A stretch of DNA of 64,000 nt from the human T2T-CHM13v2.0 reference genome, Homo sapiens. The notes beneath the pieces are model-generated. The model made no database searches. It was not told where the DNA came from and saw only the letters and a program-made list of their open reading frames with translations. The stretch is taken from assembly GCF_009914755.1 (NCBI RefSeq), contig NC_060939.1; one strand, written 5' to 3'. Shown one piece after another: positions 24,401 to 38,430 of the stretch (position 1 is the stretch's first letter; every line of letters starts with the position of its first letter). The position numbers and the translations under genes are program-made.

Positions 24401-27080
24401 AGCATTTTCTGGACTAGGCAATAAATACAATCAGTTTTTAAGCAGTTGCCCTAAGGCCATCTTCTTCATACACCTTATCTCACAGATTGGGTTCACAGAG
24501 CACTGTGGTGAAATTGCTTTAGTTCTCTGTTTAAGATTCCCCATATGAAGATTTTTCACCTGCAGAATATTTATAAAGCAAGATGGTCTGTGCCACTATG
24601 GGACAAGCTCTTTGGATAATAGTATCAGAAGCAAGTGTGCGTCAGCCCTGCATTGAAGCAGTGGTCACAGTGACCAGCTGAGGGGTTTGGAGGCTCAATG
24701 GAAGGGGTTTAAGCGAAGGCTCTGGTTTGTATTTTGAGAAACATCAGTCTGGCCCAACATGAGGACTAAACTGGAGGGTGAGACTGGAGAAAAAGGCTGG
24801 GAAAAGGTGGTTGGTGACAAGGGGAAAAGTGGTGACAGCAGGCAGTCGGCATGGACTGGAGAAGGTGGGAGAGAACCAGGAAACAGCTGCAAGAGCTTTG
24901 ACACAGATGGAATTTTGAGGGACGGGAGCAGTTCCACGTGTGCTGAATGGAAGATAAGTAGGAATGGCTATTGCCTGGTGATACTGATGGGTGGGGAGCA
25001 GCTGACACGTGGTTGGAGTAGGGAAGAGGGCTGTGGGTGGTGCCTAATGAGCGAGATCCCAGAAGTCAGGCTGAAGAGCTGGAATGCAGACTCTAGGTGG
25101 TGTGGGTGCATGGGAGGAAAGCCGGTTCTCCAGGGTGTCTGGCGGGCAAGTGCGGGGCGGTGGCGTGCAGCCCTGGACCTAACTCATGCGTGTACTGCCC
25201 ATGATCTTACAACGCCCATCAGCGGCCAGGGTGCCTGCCCAGCATCTTGCAAGGTCAGCAGCCTCAGCCAACGGTCTCTGTGTTCCATCCACCCCATCGG
25301 GCCTTGATGAAGGGTAGGCTGGCGAGGCGGGGGCTCACCCTCCTCTGAGAGCTCCTCTAGGCCTTTCTTGCTGCACCTTGGTTGTCTCGTGACAAGCTCC
25401 TGGCTGAGGAGTCAAATGCAGGAGACGTTGGTGAAGACCCAGTTCAGGGTGGGCTGCCACCACTAATTTACCTAATTTATGGAGAGAAGGAAAAGGAAGT
25501 CCTGTATCTCCTCCAGGGAAGGGTTCCTGAATGCACTAAATAACTCAACAATCTCTAACCAAATCCCCCTTTTTCATCACTTTCTTTCATTATGATTGCC
25601 CCGCCCCAACCCATTCTTCTCTGGTTACCTCTATCTACCCCCGAGTCAACAAGCCCTGCCTGATTACGCAGCAGCAGTTTCTCCTGGAGAGTATATGCCC
25701 TTCCCTACCAGAGTGGCTGTGCTCTGTGGACCAACGGCATTTGTGCCGTGGCTGGTGTTTCCACCATTCCAGTGGGTTGGCTGCAGAGTTATCCTTTGTG
25801 GGTGGGAGAGAGCACCAGGCCTCAGGAATCTCCCTGCTGGTCCCAGCCTCCATCTCCTCCTCCCCAACCCTGAACCTCTCCCGCAACCTGCACCTCCCCC
25901 GAGAAGCCAGCCACAGAGGCAGAGAGCATCATGGCTCTTATCAGCCTGCCATGCACGACAGCTTTCCCTTTACTGTCCAGCAAGGTTTCCCAGCTTCTCT
26001 TGCTCCTCGGCCCCTCTACTCCAGGGCCCATCTCTACCCTTCCGTCTAGGCCTGCCTCCTCACCACCCTCAAATGTTTCTTCCCAATTCCAGGCCTTTAT
26101 TTGATCCTGCTGATCCCCTCCCCAAAATAGACCTCCTCTACTTGCTGACAGGTTAGGCCCAGCTCTCTCCCAGTTCCTCCTCCCTACCCCTTCTAGCACC
26201 CTCAGCCCCAGGACCACCTCCTCCTCTTCGCTATATCGTTCTCCATTGTGGTTTTTGCTTTTCACCTGCCTTTTGAAGCATTTAATCATACTCTGCGTTT
26301 CATTTCCACTATGCAAGGTGTATGTTTTATATTCATAGTTAACCCCCCACTGCTTGAGGACAGAGTTGGGCATTCCTTGTTTTCTCTACCACTCCTCCCC
26401 TCATGGGGTCTGGAAGGTTCATGGTGGATGGCTCAGGTCGCTCTGCAGTGACCTGTACTGCAGTCTCACTTCCCCTCGGTCTGTGTGTTCAGAGACCCTC
26501 AGCACGTGCTACTTGGTGTCATCAGGGCTGACTGGCACGTCTGTTCCCCAATCTGGGAGGATGGGCTGTTAAGCTAATTAATACATGCAGTGTCTGGAGG
26601 CAGCCCTGCCTGAGTTGTTTTTTTCTTGCCCTTAGTGTCACTCTCATTTTTTGAACACCAGTGAAACCCTAAATCCTGCAGCAGACATGGGATTTATTTT
26701 TAGATAATTCTTTTATCCCAAGTAACAGCTTTGTCTTAGAGTCGTTGAACTGAGTTGGCTGTGACTCCTTCAAGCCTGAAGGTAAAAAGCCTGGGTTGGA
26801 AACATTCTACCATCCCTTCTGCTAGTTTTTTATCATAACACATCACAGAGATTGCATTCAGTAATTCCTTTGCCATGCGTTTTTATTTTAAATTGGCTAT
26901 TTATTGTTTCATAAGCCAGGGGTGTACCTGTTTTGTTACTATGCTGCAGAAAATCTGTTGGGCATAGAACAAAGGCTTATTCACAACTTTAAAGTAAATT
27001 TGTAGCATTATTGGTCTACTTAGTGACACAAAGAATGGTAAGACTATATAGTGCTTCTTACTGCAAGATATAATATGTAA

Positions 27081-27563
<483 letters not shown>

Positions 27564-27801
27564 TGATATGTATTTAGAGATTGAGACTATAGACATCTGT
27601 GCTTCCAACACATAGATGTAAGAGCTTGCTGAGGCATCAGAAGGGCCATTTTGCCCAATAGTCATTCAAAGCACTCAGCTGTTAGGTGTTAGCCCCTAGT
27701 TCCTGGTCATTTGGTGTTAATGGTTTTATCCCATTAGATAGTAATCCCTAATCTGATACTTCTCTTTTTTCCCCTCTCCTGATCTCGTGCTTTCTGGAAA
27801 G

Positions 27802-28015
27802 AGAGAATCATAGTGAAATCGAAAGGCGCAGACGGAACAAGATGACTCAGTACATCACGGAGCTCTCCGACATGGTCCCCACATGCAGCGCACTGGCTCG
27901 GAAGCCAGACAAGCTCACCATCCTCCGCATGGCCGTCTCGCACATGAAGTCCATGAGGGGTACAGGGAACAAGTCCACCGATGGCGCGTACAAGCCTTCC
28001 TTCCTCACAGAGCAG
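27802..28015 (+). CDS. ARNT2: ARNT2 coding exon 4 (214 nt): bHLH domain, [71 protein letters not shown]
   Basis: Long pyrimidine tract then ggaaag ending 27801, donor CAG|gtaccc at 28016. Canonical ARNT-family basic region and HLH; overlaps ORF 27842..28183. Confidence 0.98.
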
Positions 28016-28352
28016 GTACCCTGGTCATCACATCACCATTGGAAAGCGGGGGGAATCCCAGCGTCACCAAGACGAAATAAACTACGTGGGGAACCAGGGC
28101 TCAAGGTTGAGGAAGGAATGAAGCCAACATGTTTTGTTTCCATTTTTCTCCAAGAAGCTGTCTTCAAAAGAGGGTTTGTCTGATCTTTGGGTCTTCTGCT
28201 TTTATGTTTCCCATAACCTTAATGGGATGTCACTCAAAAAAATATATTGAGCATTTGAACATCGTGCTCAGCACACTGACACAGGAAGAAGTTAGTAAAA
28301 ACGCTGTATGCTGGAATTGTGCTGATATGATCAGCCTATGAAAGTGATGGTA

Positions 28353-29133
28353 TATGAAAAAATCTCCACATCACTGATCATTAGAGAAGTGCAAATCAAA
28401 ACCACTATGAGATACCATCTCACTCCAGTCAGAATGGCTATTACTAAAAAGTCAAAAAGTAACAGATGCTAGTGAGGTTGCAGAGAAAAGGGAACACTTA
28501 TACACTGCTGGTGGGAGTGTAAACTAGCTCAACCATTGTAGAAAGCAGTGTGGAGGTTCCTCAAAGAGCTAAAAACGGAAATACCATTTGACCCAGCAAC
28601 CCCATTACTGGGTTTATACCCAAGGGAATATAAATCGTTCTACATAAAGACATATGCTTACGTATGTTCATTGCAGCACTATTCACAATAGCAAAGACAT
28701 GGACTCAACATAAATGTTCATCAATGACAGATTGGATAAAGATAATGTGGTACATATACACCATAGAATACTACACAGCCATATAAAAGAATGAGATCAT
28801 GTCCTTTGCAGGAACATGGATGGAGCTGGAGGCCACTATCCTTAGCAAACTAATGCAGGAACAGAAAACCAAATACCACATGTTCCCACTTGTAAGTGGG
28901 GGCTGAATGATGAGAACACATGGACACAAAGAGGGGAACAACAGACATTGGAGCCTCCTAGAGGATGGAGGTTGGGAGGAGGGAGAGGATCAGAAAAAAT
29001 AACTAATGGGTACTGGGCTTAGGATCTGGGTGATGAAATAATTTGTATAACAAATTTTCGTGACATGAGTTTACTCCCTTGGCAGTACGTAACAAACCTG
29101 CATGTGTACCCCTGAAAAAAGTTAAAGAAAAAA
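28353..29133 (+). mobile_element. 5'-truncated L1 (older L1PA/L1PB-type 3' end)
   Basis: ORF2 C-terminal motif caaatcaaaaccactatgagataccatctcac, L1 3'UTR (gggaggagggagaggatcagaaaaaataac) and A-rich end. Degenerate TSD gaaagtgatggta (28340-28352) / gacagtgatggca (29134-29146). Confidence 0.92.
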
Positions 29134-29159
29134 GACAGTGATGGCAGCAGTAGTGATAA

Positions 29160-29430
29160 TAGTAGCCGCGATCAGAGCACTTAGCCGGCCGGCATTTGCT
29201 GGGTGCCTGGTGTGAGTCATAGTTTTCTGTGAAATATCTCATTTACTACTTATTCTAGCCCTGTGAAGAAGCCACTGTTATTTAGCTCTGTTTTATTGAT
29301 GAGGAAGCTGAGGCTTAGAGTCAGCAGATTGCTCAGGGTTAATCTGCTGCTTAGTGGAGGAGCCAAGATTGGGTCCAGTGAAGACAGGCTGGTAGGACCC
29401 CAAAGCCATATTTTTAACACCTACACTAGT
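29160..29430 (-). mobile_element. MIR SINE
   Basis: ttttattgatgaggaagctgaggcttagag core. Confidence 0.65.
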
Positions 29431-30611
29431 CTTTGACTAGTTGGCAAGAAGAAACGCACAAAATGGCTAGTGAGGTCGTATTTTATAAGTGGCTTTACAT
29501 GAGCCAGAGGCCTGTGTTCAGGGTCTTTGTATTTCCATGTGCTGGTCATAGGGCAAGTTGGCAAATACTCTAAGCTTCAGTGTGCTCATCTGTGAAATGA
29601 ACATAAAGCTTTTTGCTTTCCTGTCTCCAAGAGCTTTTGCAGGATAAATGAGATGATGGATTTAAAAGCACTTCATTGTGTATAGCCGGTGGGGGGGCAT
29701 TGGGTGGGGAGGTGAAATAATACGGTTGTCAGGGCATGCAGTTAGGAAATGCAAAAGTATGTAGGGTATAGGGTCCTAAAAGTAATGGAGGATTTAACAA
29801 GACACAGCGTGTGGCCAAGCTGAAATAGAGTGGAAGTGTCCTGGTATTATCAAGAGGGACTTCTCAGGACAGAGACAGTATTGGCATAGAAAGGAGCCAC
29901 AAAAAATACCTAGAAAGAGGGGAGCAGAAGGGATTTCACAAAAAGGGAAGAGTGTGTACAGAACCTCACAGGCAGGAATGAAAAAGATTTTGTTGGGAGA
30001 CCTAATGATTTATTCTGCTAGAGCCGAGACTCGATTTATGTCATGGAAGTTAGGTTTAAAAAGAATAAGGGATGAGGAACTAACGTTTATTACTGTCTGT
30101 TCTGTGGCAGACACTTTAGCAAGCACTTCACCTATTTGATCCCTTTCTAAATCATCCCAGTGGTCATGGGAGCCCTCGCTTGGCAGATGTTAGGAAGGTC
30201 CAGCAGTGGTAATATGTGCCACTTGGAGGACACAAACTGTGGTGGTCAGGGCAGGAGCTTCAAGCCTCATTTCCACCTCTGTAAAAATAAATGCAGTGAT
30301 AGCTCCCAGCTCGTGTGGTTGTGGTGAGGAAGGCAACAAGCATAGACTGTTTAACATGGGCCTGAGGTATAATGAAGGGTAAATAGCTGGTAAGTAACAG
30401 ACAGAAATTATTGAGCACTACTGGCTGCTAGAATCAGTTTTTTGTCTATATTTTTTTAATCCTCACCAAAAGACCTACAGAGTCAAGGTTTGAAATGAAT
30501 CTCGTTATCTTTAAGTGACTGAGGATTATGAAAGTGGCGTGAAGAGAGAAGGCAGCTATGCAGGTCAGATGAGCCCTACCTTTGTTCCTCTCTCAGCTGC
30601 TTGGATGGTGA

Positions 30612-30812
30612 TGATAATGGTTACATTTATGGAGCACCTACTGTGTGCCAGGCCCTTACTAAGTCCTCACACACAGCATCTCATTTAACCTTGCAAGAGC
30701 TCACTGAAAAACATTGCTGAGGGCGTGAAGTAACATGCCCAAAGTTGCACAGCTAAGTGGGAGAGCGGTAGGTGATAGTCTCCTTTTACTCCAGAATACA
30801 TGCTCTTAACCG
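30612..30812 (-). mobile_element. MIR SINE
   Basis: atttatggagcacctactgtgtgccagg...ctcatttaacc...aagtaacatgcccaaag. Confidence 0.7.
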
Positions 30813-32592
30813 TGACTGTTTTCTTGGAGTGTAGAGGCTGGTTCTGGATCAGGGCACAGGAACTTGGTAGTGATAGATGGTCTCCCAGGGAATACACATC
30901 AGGGAGGAGGGTGGAAAAAAGAGGGTCCGTGATGCGAGCAGGGCTTCATCCCATAAGACCTCCCCACAGTCTTTGCAAACTGGACAAAAATGTGAATTCA
31001 TGAGTAAAGTCATTCAGTCTCCACTTCCTCTCCTCCAGTGACAAAGAATTCTGTACTTCCCCAGGCACCCTCTTCCGTTTTTAATTCTCTTAACAGCTCT
31101 TTCTGTTGGGAAGATCATCCAAAAACTGAAAATAAAAATGCTGACCGAATTCCCTGAACTAATTAAGCATCTAGGTGACGCAGAACAGCAAAAGTGCAAA
31201 GCAAGAGAAATGGGCAAAATAAACTTATCCTTAAAAAATGCTTGTACCAACTGCTTCTGCCCTGGTTTCCCAGGCAGAGGATGTTAGAATTCCTCCCCAG
31301 CCAAGGGCTTAGACACATTTACAAAGCTCCCTGGGTTCTGCTCATCAGCATATCAATGTTCCCTAGTCTCTGGGTCCTTGTACCCTGCTCAGTTACTGGG
31401 ATTTGGGGCGCCAGACTCTCCACCTTTTGCCTTCACTCTGCTGGCTGTCCATGTGCTTTACAGTGGGGTTTTCACATAAGATTACATTCAAACAAAAGAT
31501 TGCCAGCCAAAAGATGTTTGCTAGCTGCTGACCTAGAAGGATACCTTTGTCCTCTGGAGCCTGAACAGTACTTGAAGTGGTTGGAAGGGTGGCCATGGAT
31601 TACAGTGTCTAGGGAAGACTTAGTGCCTGGCTCCTGCAGGCACAAAGCCCATTTCATTCAGTGGCAAAGGGCTCCTTAGCTTGATGTGAGAATAGTATGG
31701 GCAACTATACTTGAGCTGCCTTCAGGCGCTGCAAAGAAAAGACATCTTGTTTTAACAAAGTTAATTTTGCCCCATCCACGTCCTTCTGAGGATAATATCA
31801 AGGCTTCCTGCTGCCCCTTCCTTGATCCCAGTTTCCTCCCTGCCTTCAATGACAGTCATGACCCCAATGAATCAATGTGAGCTGAAGGTTGATGCTCCTA
31901 TCCTCTTCTCACTGTAAAGTGATATGGATAATGCTGTATTCCCTGCTGCCTCCCAGAGTTACTCTGAGAGTCTTTTGAGATGATGGTGATTATTGTCAGT
32001 TCTGGAAATCTGACAGAAATGCAAATGTAAGGGGATACTCTTATAGCCAGTGCCAGCATTCAGCTCAGAAATATGGAAAGAGAAAAGGAACAAGAGGGTA
32101 CTTTCAGTACGGCAAGCTGTGGGTGGGGAGACACGTGGTCTCTTTCGTTCTCCCTTCTCACCTTCCCCTTCCCCTTCCCTTCCTTCTATCTAGCACCTTT
32201 TGTGCCAAGCACTATGTGTTGGGCCCTTCTGCTCCAATGACATGACTACAGTTTCAATATGTGGCAAAGCTGTTCACGCCTCTGGCAACCCAGTACCTTC
32301 TGGTGATCACTCATTGCTCTCCCATCCCCCTAGGCTGGAAATTTTCTCTCCCCAACAAAGGACTAATGAAGATGGGCTAACCATGTTTACAGTAGCTGTA
32401 TCGTAGGGATGGTGCAAGCTTTGTGCATTTTTCTAGCTTATTTTCCAGAAACAAAGTTCTCATTTCCCAAACTATTTGTGTACCAGAATAAATATGCAGA
32501 TAAAGGAAATTGAAGGCTGCTTTCCCAATAAGAAAGTTGAATCATCCTGGGTCTGTCAGTGTATTGTGCCAATCATAATCTTTTCTTTATAG

Positions 32593-32806
32593 GAACTGAA
32601 GCATCTCATCCTTGAAGCAGCTGATGGATTTCTGTTTGTGGTGGCTGCTGAGACAGGGCGAGTGATTTATGTGTCTGACTCCGTCACCCCTGTTCTGAAC
32701 CAGCCCCAGTCAGAGTGGTTTGGGAGCACACTGTATGAACAGGTGCATCCTGATGACGTGGAGAAGCTGAGAGAGCAACTGTGCACCTCAGAAAACTCAA
32801 TGACAG
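32593..32806 (+). CDS. ARNT2: ARNT2 coding exon 5 (214 nt): [75 protein letters not shown](G)
   Basis: Acceptor ttttctttatag ending 32592, donor CAG|gtcagt at 32807. PAS motifs DGF..V and HPDD. Confidence 0.98.
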
Positions 32807-32855
32807 GTCAGTGGAGCTCCCTTTATGAGGCTGTTTGACTCTAGAAAACATTCTT

Positions 32856-33162
<307 letters not shown>

Positions 33163-33486
33163 TTATTTTAGTAAACAGGCCAGGAAACTGGAGGCCATAA
33201 AAAGCTGCCTAAAGGTGAGGGAATATATGTGAGTTGGCCTGTGTGATAGCTTCATTCATTCGATAACATTTAAAAATCCATTTTTACTACATCACATTTT
33301 TCTGTATTTTACCTGCAATTAGTATACATTACCACTAGAGGTTGTCGTTGATATATTAGCCAGATCCATATGCCCTGTTTGAAGTTTATCCAATAAGCAT
33401 GTGATTTTCTGTGATCCTGACCATAAACATTCATTACCCAGGCCTTAGTTACCTGAAATCTAGTTCCTTATTGAAATGTTTAAATA

Positions 33487-34066
33487 TAGTCAATTCTACT
33501 CATACATGTTTCTAAAAATCACTGCAGTATACACAATCATGCAATTCAAAACTATAGGGCTTATCGAGAAAAAGTGGTTTAGAAGAACAACACTCAATAA
33601 TTTGTCAGATAAAAGCAAAAATAAAAACCTATTATAAATGGTAGCACAGCTTTAACATTAAGTGGTTAAGAAATGTATACATCTTACCACACATATGGCA
33701 GTTGAGTTTGAAAATGACCTAAAGTTTGCTTAAGAGGTGGTCTCAGAAGGTGTGGTCATTTGTATGTTATTGCGAAATGGTAGGAGGACAGTCATGTGAA
33801 ATCAGACGGAGAGTTTTAACTCCAAATGTGGATGAGTGTGGCTAATAACACACCGTGGGCCGAGAGAGCTGACTGATGTCTGAGGTATGTGAATTTTGTG
33901 TATTTCCGTGTGGCCCGGTTCAGCTAGGCACAACCTTTCTATGTTCATCTAGTTTTTCTTACAGATAAGCAAACACAACATTCACATTATGCTCAGATTG
34001 TTCCTTAATATGTCAATCACATTGGAACAAATTTGCATTGTTGAAACAAGAGTTATAGAAGCATTA
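33487..34066. mobile_element. Possible old TcMar/Tigger-type DNA transposon remnant
   Basis: Degenerate inverted ends (tatagtcaattcta...tgtttc and gaaacaag...tagaagcattata) flanked by TA; family uncertain. Confidence 0.3.
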
Positions 34067-34343
34067 TACCAAAATATTTGCATTCTGCTCTATGACAGAT
34101 ATATTTGTGTTGTCATTCTCCCTGACCATATTGTGAGCTGTTGTATTCCCACTTGCTTTTGTGTCTGCCCACAGTGCTAAACTCAGTGCTTTGCCCATAG
34201 TAGGCCTTCAGCAGAAGCCTGATGAATTAGTGAGTGTGTTGTTTATTGTGGTCAGCCTAGGATGCCATAACAAAATACCACAGAATGGGTTACTTAAATA
34301 ACAGAAATGTATTTTCTCATAGTTCTGGAGGCTGGGCATTCAG

Positions 34344-35086
34344 TGTCCTAATCCATTTGGGCTGCTATAACAAAATACAATAAACCGAATAGCTTTTATG
34401 TAACAGAAATTCATTTCTCACTGATATGGTTTAGATCTGTGTCCTCACCCAAATGTCATGTTCAATTGTAATTCCCAATGTTGGGGGCAGGCCCTGATGG
34501 GAGGTGATTGGATCATGGGGGTGGGTTCGCCTGAATGGTTTAGTACCATCCTCTTGGTCCTGCTCTCGTGATAGTGAGTGAGTTCTCACAAGATCTGGTT
34601 GTGTGTAGTACCTTCCCACTCTCTCTCTTAAGAGTTCCTGCTTCTGCCATGTAAGACACCTGCTTCCCTTCACCTTCCGCCATGATTGTAAGTTTCCTGA
34701 GGCCTCCTCAGAGGCCAAGCAGATATCAGCATCATGCTTTTTGTACAGCCTGCAGAATGGTGAGCCAATTAAACCTCTTTTCTTTGTGAATTACCCAGTC
34801 TCAGGTATTTGTTTATACAATGGGAGAACAGACTAATACAGTCAGAGTTCTAGAGGCTGGGAAGTCCAAGATCAAGGCACCTTGATGTCTGGCAAGGGCC
34901 TACTTTCTAGATGTTGCCTTCTAGCTGTGTCCTCACATGGTGGAAGGGACTAGCTATCTATCTGGGATCTGTTTTATAACAGTACCTAATCACCTCCTAA
35001 AGGCCCCATGTCCTAATATCATCATCTGGGAGATTAGAATTTCAGCGTACGAATTTGGGGAGAGCGTAAGCATTTAGTCCATTGCA
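34344..35086 (-). mobile_element. Middle MLT1A-like MaLR LTR, split by an MST LTR
   Basis: Begins tgtcctaatccatttgggctgctataac, ends tagtccattgca; flanked by ttcag (34339-34343) and ttcaa (35087-35091). Confidence 0.8.
34422..34840 (+). mobile_element. MSTA/MSTB-like solo LTR (innermost)
   Basis: tgatatggtttagatctgtgtcc...cagactaataca, 419 bp, TG...CA termini. Confidence 0.9.
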
Positions 35087-38000
35087 TTCAAGATCAGTAT
35101 ATCATCAGGTTTGTTGTCCCCTAAGGCCCTTCTCCTTGATTTGGAGATGGCCACCTTCTTGCATTCTCACAAGAATTATAACCAGCCTAAGTGTAGGTCT
35201 CTCCTCTGTGTGCACGAATCTTTTGTGTCTCTGCCTCTTCTTATGAGGACACCAGTCACTAAATTAGGGCTCACCCATATGATCTCATTTAAGCTTAACA
35301 ATCTCTTTAAAAGTCCTGTCTCCCAAATACAGTCACATTCTGGGGTACTGGGGATTAAGACTTTAACATACTAATTTTAGCGGGGAACACAATTCCACCT
35401 ATAATAACACTTATGATAAGAGTGAGTTTGATGTTGCTAAAAGTGAGAAGTGTACAGCTGTTTTGGAAGGATATTAGTAATTTTCTCAGTGCTGGTGATC
35501 AAAGATGTAAAAAAGGAGGAAGAGGATAGAGAATTAAGGTGTAAAGACAGTGTCTTTTTCTCCTGGCAGTAAGCTTTGATGTTCTTGTAAAACAGCGATG
35601 CTGAAATAGGCTCAGAAAGACTCTTTCTGCTACCCCATTCTCCTGCCTGAATTAGCAAACTCCATATAGAAATCCTAAGGGACACACCTTATAAAGTTAA
35701 ATATTTGGGAGGAATGTAAAAGGGGAAAACCAACCAACCAGGAAATGTTGGTTTGACAGCTGAAATCACCTTCTCTGGAAAGTGCTGTCTTTCCCAGACT
35801 TCTATATGTGACCACAGGATGTGGCTTTTGGAAACCCAGTCTGGAGACCCAGCTGGGGAAGCTGCCAGGGAAGCGATGGTCAAGGCAGGTCAGGCTCTGG
35901 CCAAGGGTGTAGCCAGCTGGTTCATCATAGTTGGGTGGACATTTCTGTCCATGTGAAGTCTGAATGTGTCTGGGAGAGTTTAAACAGGCGATGTGAACCA
36001 CATTTGGACAGAAATGTCCTCGGAGTGGACACTGGACTGTGGCCAAGGCAGCCAGAACCAGTACAGTGGAGGGTGTCCTCCAAGATGCCAGAGAAGGCCC
36101 TGTGAAAGGTGAAGAGCCAGGTCTCTGAGTTTGCCTATGGGCCAAGCCCGTCTTGTCAGGAACAAGATGAGGCTGGAGAAGTGGGTTCTTATTCTTAGGG
36201 TGGAAGAGAGGACAGGGTCTCTTTTGCAGTCATAGGGTGTGATGCGACTTTCCTAGAACATGCAACAAGCTCTTATTGATTCCGTGGGGGAGAGCTTGGA
36301 AGAGCTCTCTGAAACTGGGCTGCTACTCAGACAGGCCTTAGGGTTTTCCTGGTGCTCAGGACAGGACTGGAGTGGGTTTCATATGTAACCAGCCCAAGCA
36401 TAATTTTAAAATTGTATTAAAAGGCCTCAGGTGTGGTTTAATGCCTTCAATTATTGGACTAGAGTCTCTCAAACCCTCCTGTCCCTTGACTCATGTGGTT
36501 TTAGGCCTGGAAAGAGGTGACATGGTCCACTTTGGGAGAGTCAGGGTGGAAGGGTGTTGAGGCGAGGCAGGGAGCCAGGCAAGGCCTGCTGGAGTGGAGG
36601 TGGCTTAACTAGGGCAGCCTGACCTCCTTTCCCAGTGGAGTTTCCCTCCTCTGAGCCTCTCTCAGTGGTGATTCAATGTCTCATTCGTTGGACCTGCAGG
36701 GTCACCTGTACTGAATGTGTGGAGGTTTGCATGTGCACAGGGGAGGGGACAAGAAACCTGACTTCACTGGGGCCTGCAGACTCCCATGTTGGCTCAGGGA
36801 CCCCAGAAAATCAATATGCTGTCAAAGAGTTTCAGCATCTGGGGTGAGGGTGATGGTGGAGTTCTTTGTTGAATTAAATTTTTTCCTAGCTGGAGAGGTG
36901 GTGACAAAGAGTGGGTGAAAGGTTATATACAGTCTCCTTAGAAACATCATGGAGTGATGTGACTTGTCATGATCTGACTTGTCTGCGAATAAAACTGGAA
37001 TTTATCCACATGGAGAGAGAATGGGTGAAGCCTTACCATACAACAATGACACTGCTAGTGGAAAAGTGCTGGAAAGGGAGTTGGGAGCTCCCTGCTTTTG
37101 TTCTGGTTTTCACTTTGTGATCTTGGCAAGTTCCTTTCTTCTCTAACCCTCATTCCCCTCATCTTGACCCAGGAAGTTTCTAAGGCTCCTTCCAGCTCTG
37201 ATTCTACTCTTTTGTTCAAGGCCTCATCCACCAATGTATGAAATGGAGGCAGATTGGAGGAGGGGGACTGGTGAAAAACCCAAGAGGACCTATTCTGAAG
37301 GCTCAGCAGAAACAGGGTGCCTTCCTCCAGTGGTTGCCGCAAACATCCTGGGCCCGGCTCTCTTGGCTCATTTTGGTCTACCTGCCCTGCTGTTGGCTGA
37401 TCCTGATGGCCAGGGAGACTCTGAGCTAAGATGTGAGGTCCACCTACCTCACCACCCAAGGCACTTGGATTCAGAAAGAGAAGATTCCCTCTTGGAGGAA
37501 ATCAGGTGCTGTCTGTCACTAAAAGAAAGAAGAGACAAGTGGGCAGGCAGGCACTGGCTGGCTCAGGAGAGCTGGCCTCGGTGGTATTGGAGGAGCTCCT
37601 TATGGGGAAGGACGAGTGTTCTGCAGAATGAAAGTGCCTTTTCCTCTCACCAGGAATGCTGGGATGTTTGGGTTACAGGATTCTGAGAAGAAGATGGAGC
37701 ATGGAGGTGCCAGGATCAGATGGGAGTGGTGTCAGGGAGGGGCCACAGAATTAATGATCCTGGATATCTGAGTGGCCTAAGCCCCAGCTCTCTGCAGGGA
37801 AGGAGAGGAGCTGAGGAGAGGCCCAGGGCATTCCAGGTGATAGCAGAGCCTGTGACTGTAACTGGATATGCCCAAGAGGTGGGGTTCAGAGAGCAAGCAG
37901 GGAGCAGCAGAAGCAGCTCAGCAGGGGCCGCCCAAGGGAGCATGGAGTGAGCAGATTCTTTGTGCCTTCCGGTGGCCTTTCCCAGGTTCCCTCCTGTGGC

Positions 38001-38310
38001 TGTTGAACTCTGGAGAACCTTGATCCTGGTGAGCAGAACTGGAGGCGCCTTGTGGGTGACCTCAAGCACTGCCCTGGGTGGGGACCGCCTGGCTGTCCTG
38101 GCTGGAAAGTGGATGTGCACAAGCATAACCCACGGACTCTTCAAGACAAGGTCGATTTGGCCTGTTTCCCCTGCATCATACTTCCATGGCTCTGTTTCTG
38201 CTGGACTCTTCCTGCATTCAGAGAATTGGGTCAGCATTTTGGTTCAGTGTAGAAAATAGCTTCAAAATAGAGCTGTCCAACAGCAGAAGAGGGTGCAAGC
38301 AAAGGCCAAA

Positions 38311-38430
38311 TTCCTCCCTCCCTCCCTTCCTCTCCCCATCCTTCCTGCCTGCCTGCCTGCCTGCCTTCTTTGCTTCCTTTCTTCTCTCTCTCTCCCCTCC
38401 TTCCTCCTTCCCTCTTTCTTTCTTTCTCTG
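38311..38430. repeat. Pyrimidine-rich compound repeat (CCCT/CCTT/CCTG/CT/TTTC)
   Basis: Directly visible; followed by an L2-like ttcattcatccattcaacaaata end. Confidence 0.85.

Larger units (their letters stand above)
34247..35406 (-). mobile_element. Outer MLT1 (B/C-like) MaLR LTR, split by nested insertions
   Basis: gccataacaaaataccacaga...agttctggaggctggg (to 34343) resumes at 35087 as ttcaagatcag...cacattctggggtactggggattaagac. Confidence 0.8.

Noticed and set aside
25120-25340. GC-box/CpG-enriched patch as an internal promoter
   Set aside because: Too short and CpG-sparse to call an island; one GGGGCGG is insufficient without chromatin data.
24759-26373. 182-186-aa ORFs in purine- or pyrimidine-skewed sequence (similarly 59782-60348)
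   Set aside because: Low-complexity translations without domains; probably decayed LINE or compositionally biased intron.
27800-27805. Tandem AGAGAG acceptors at exon 4
   Set aside because: Alternatives shift by 2 or 4 nt (frameshift); only the first AG keeps the frame and there is no evidence of use.
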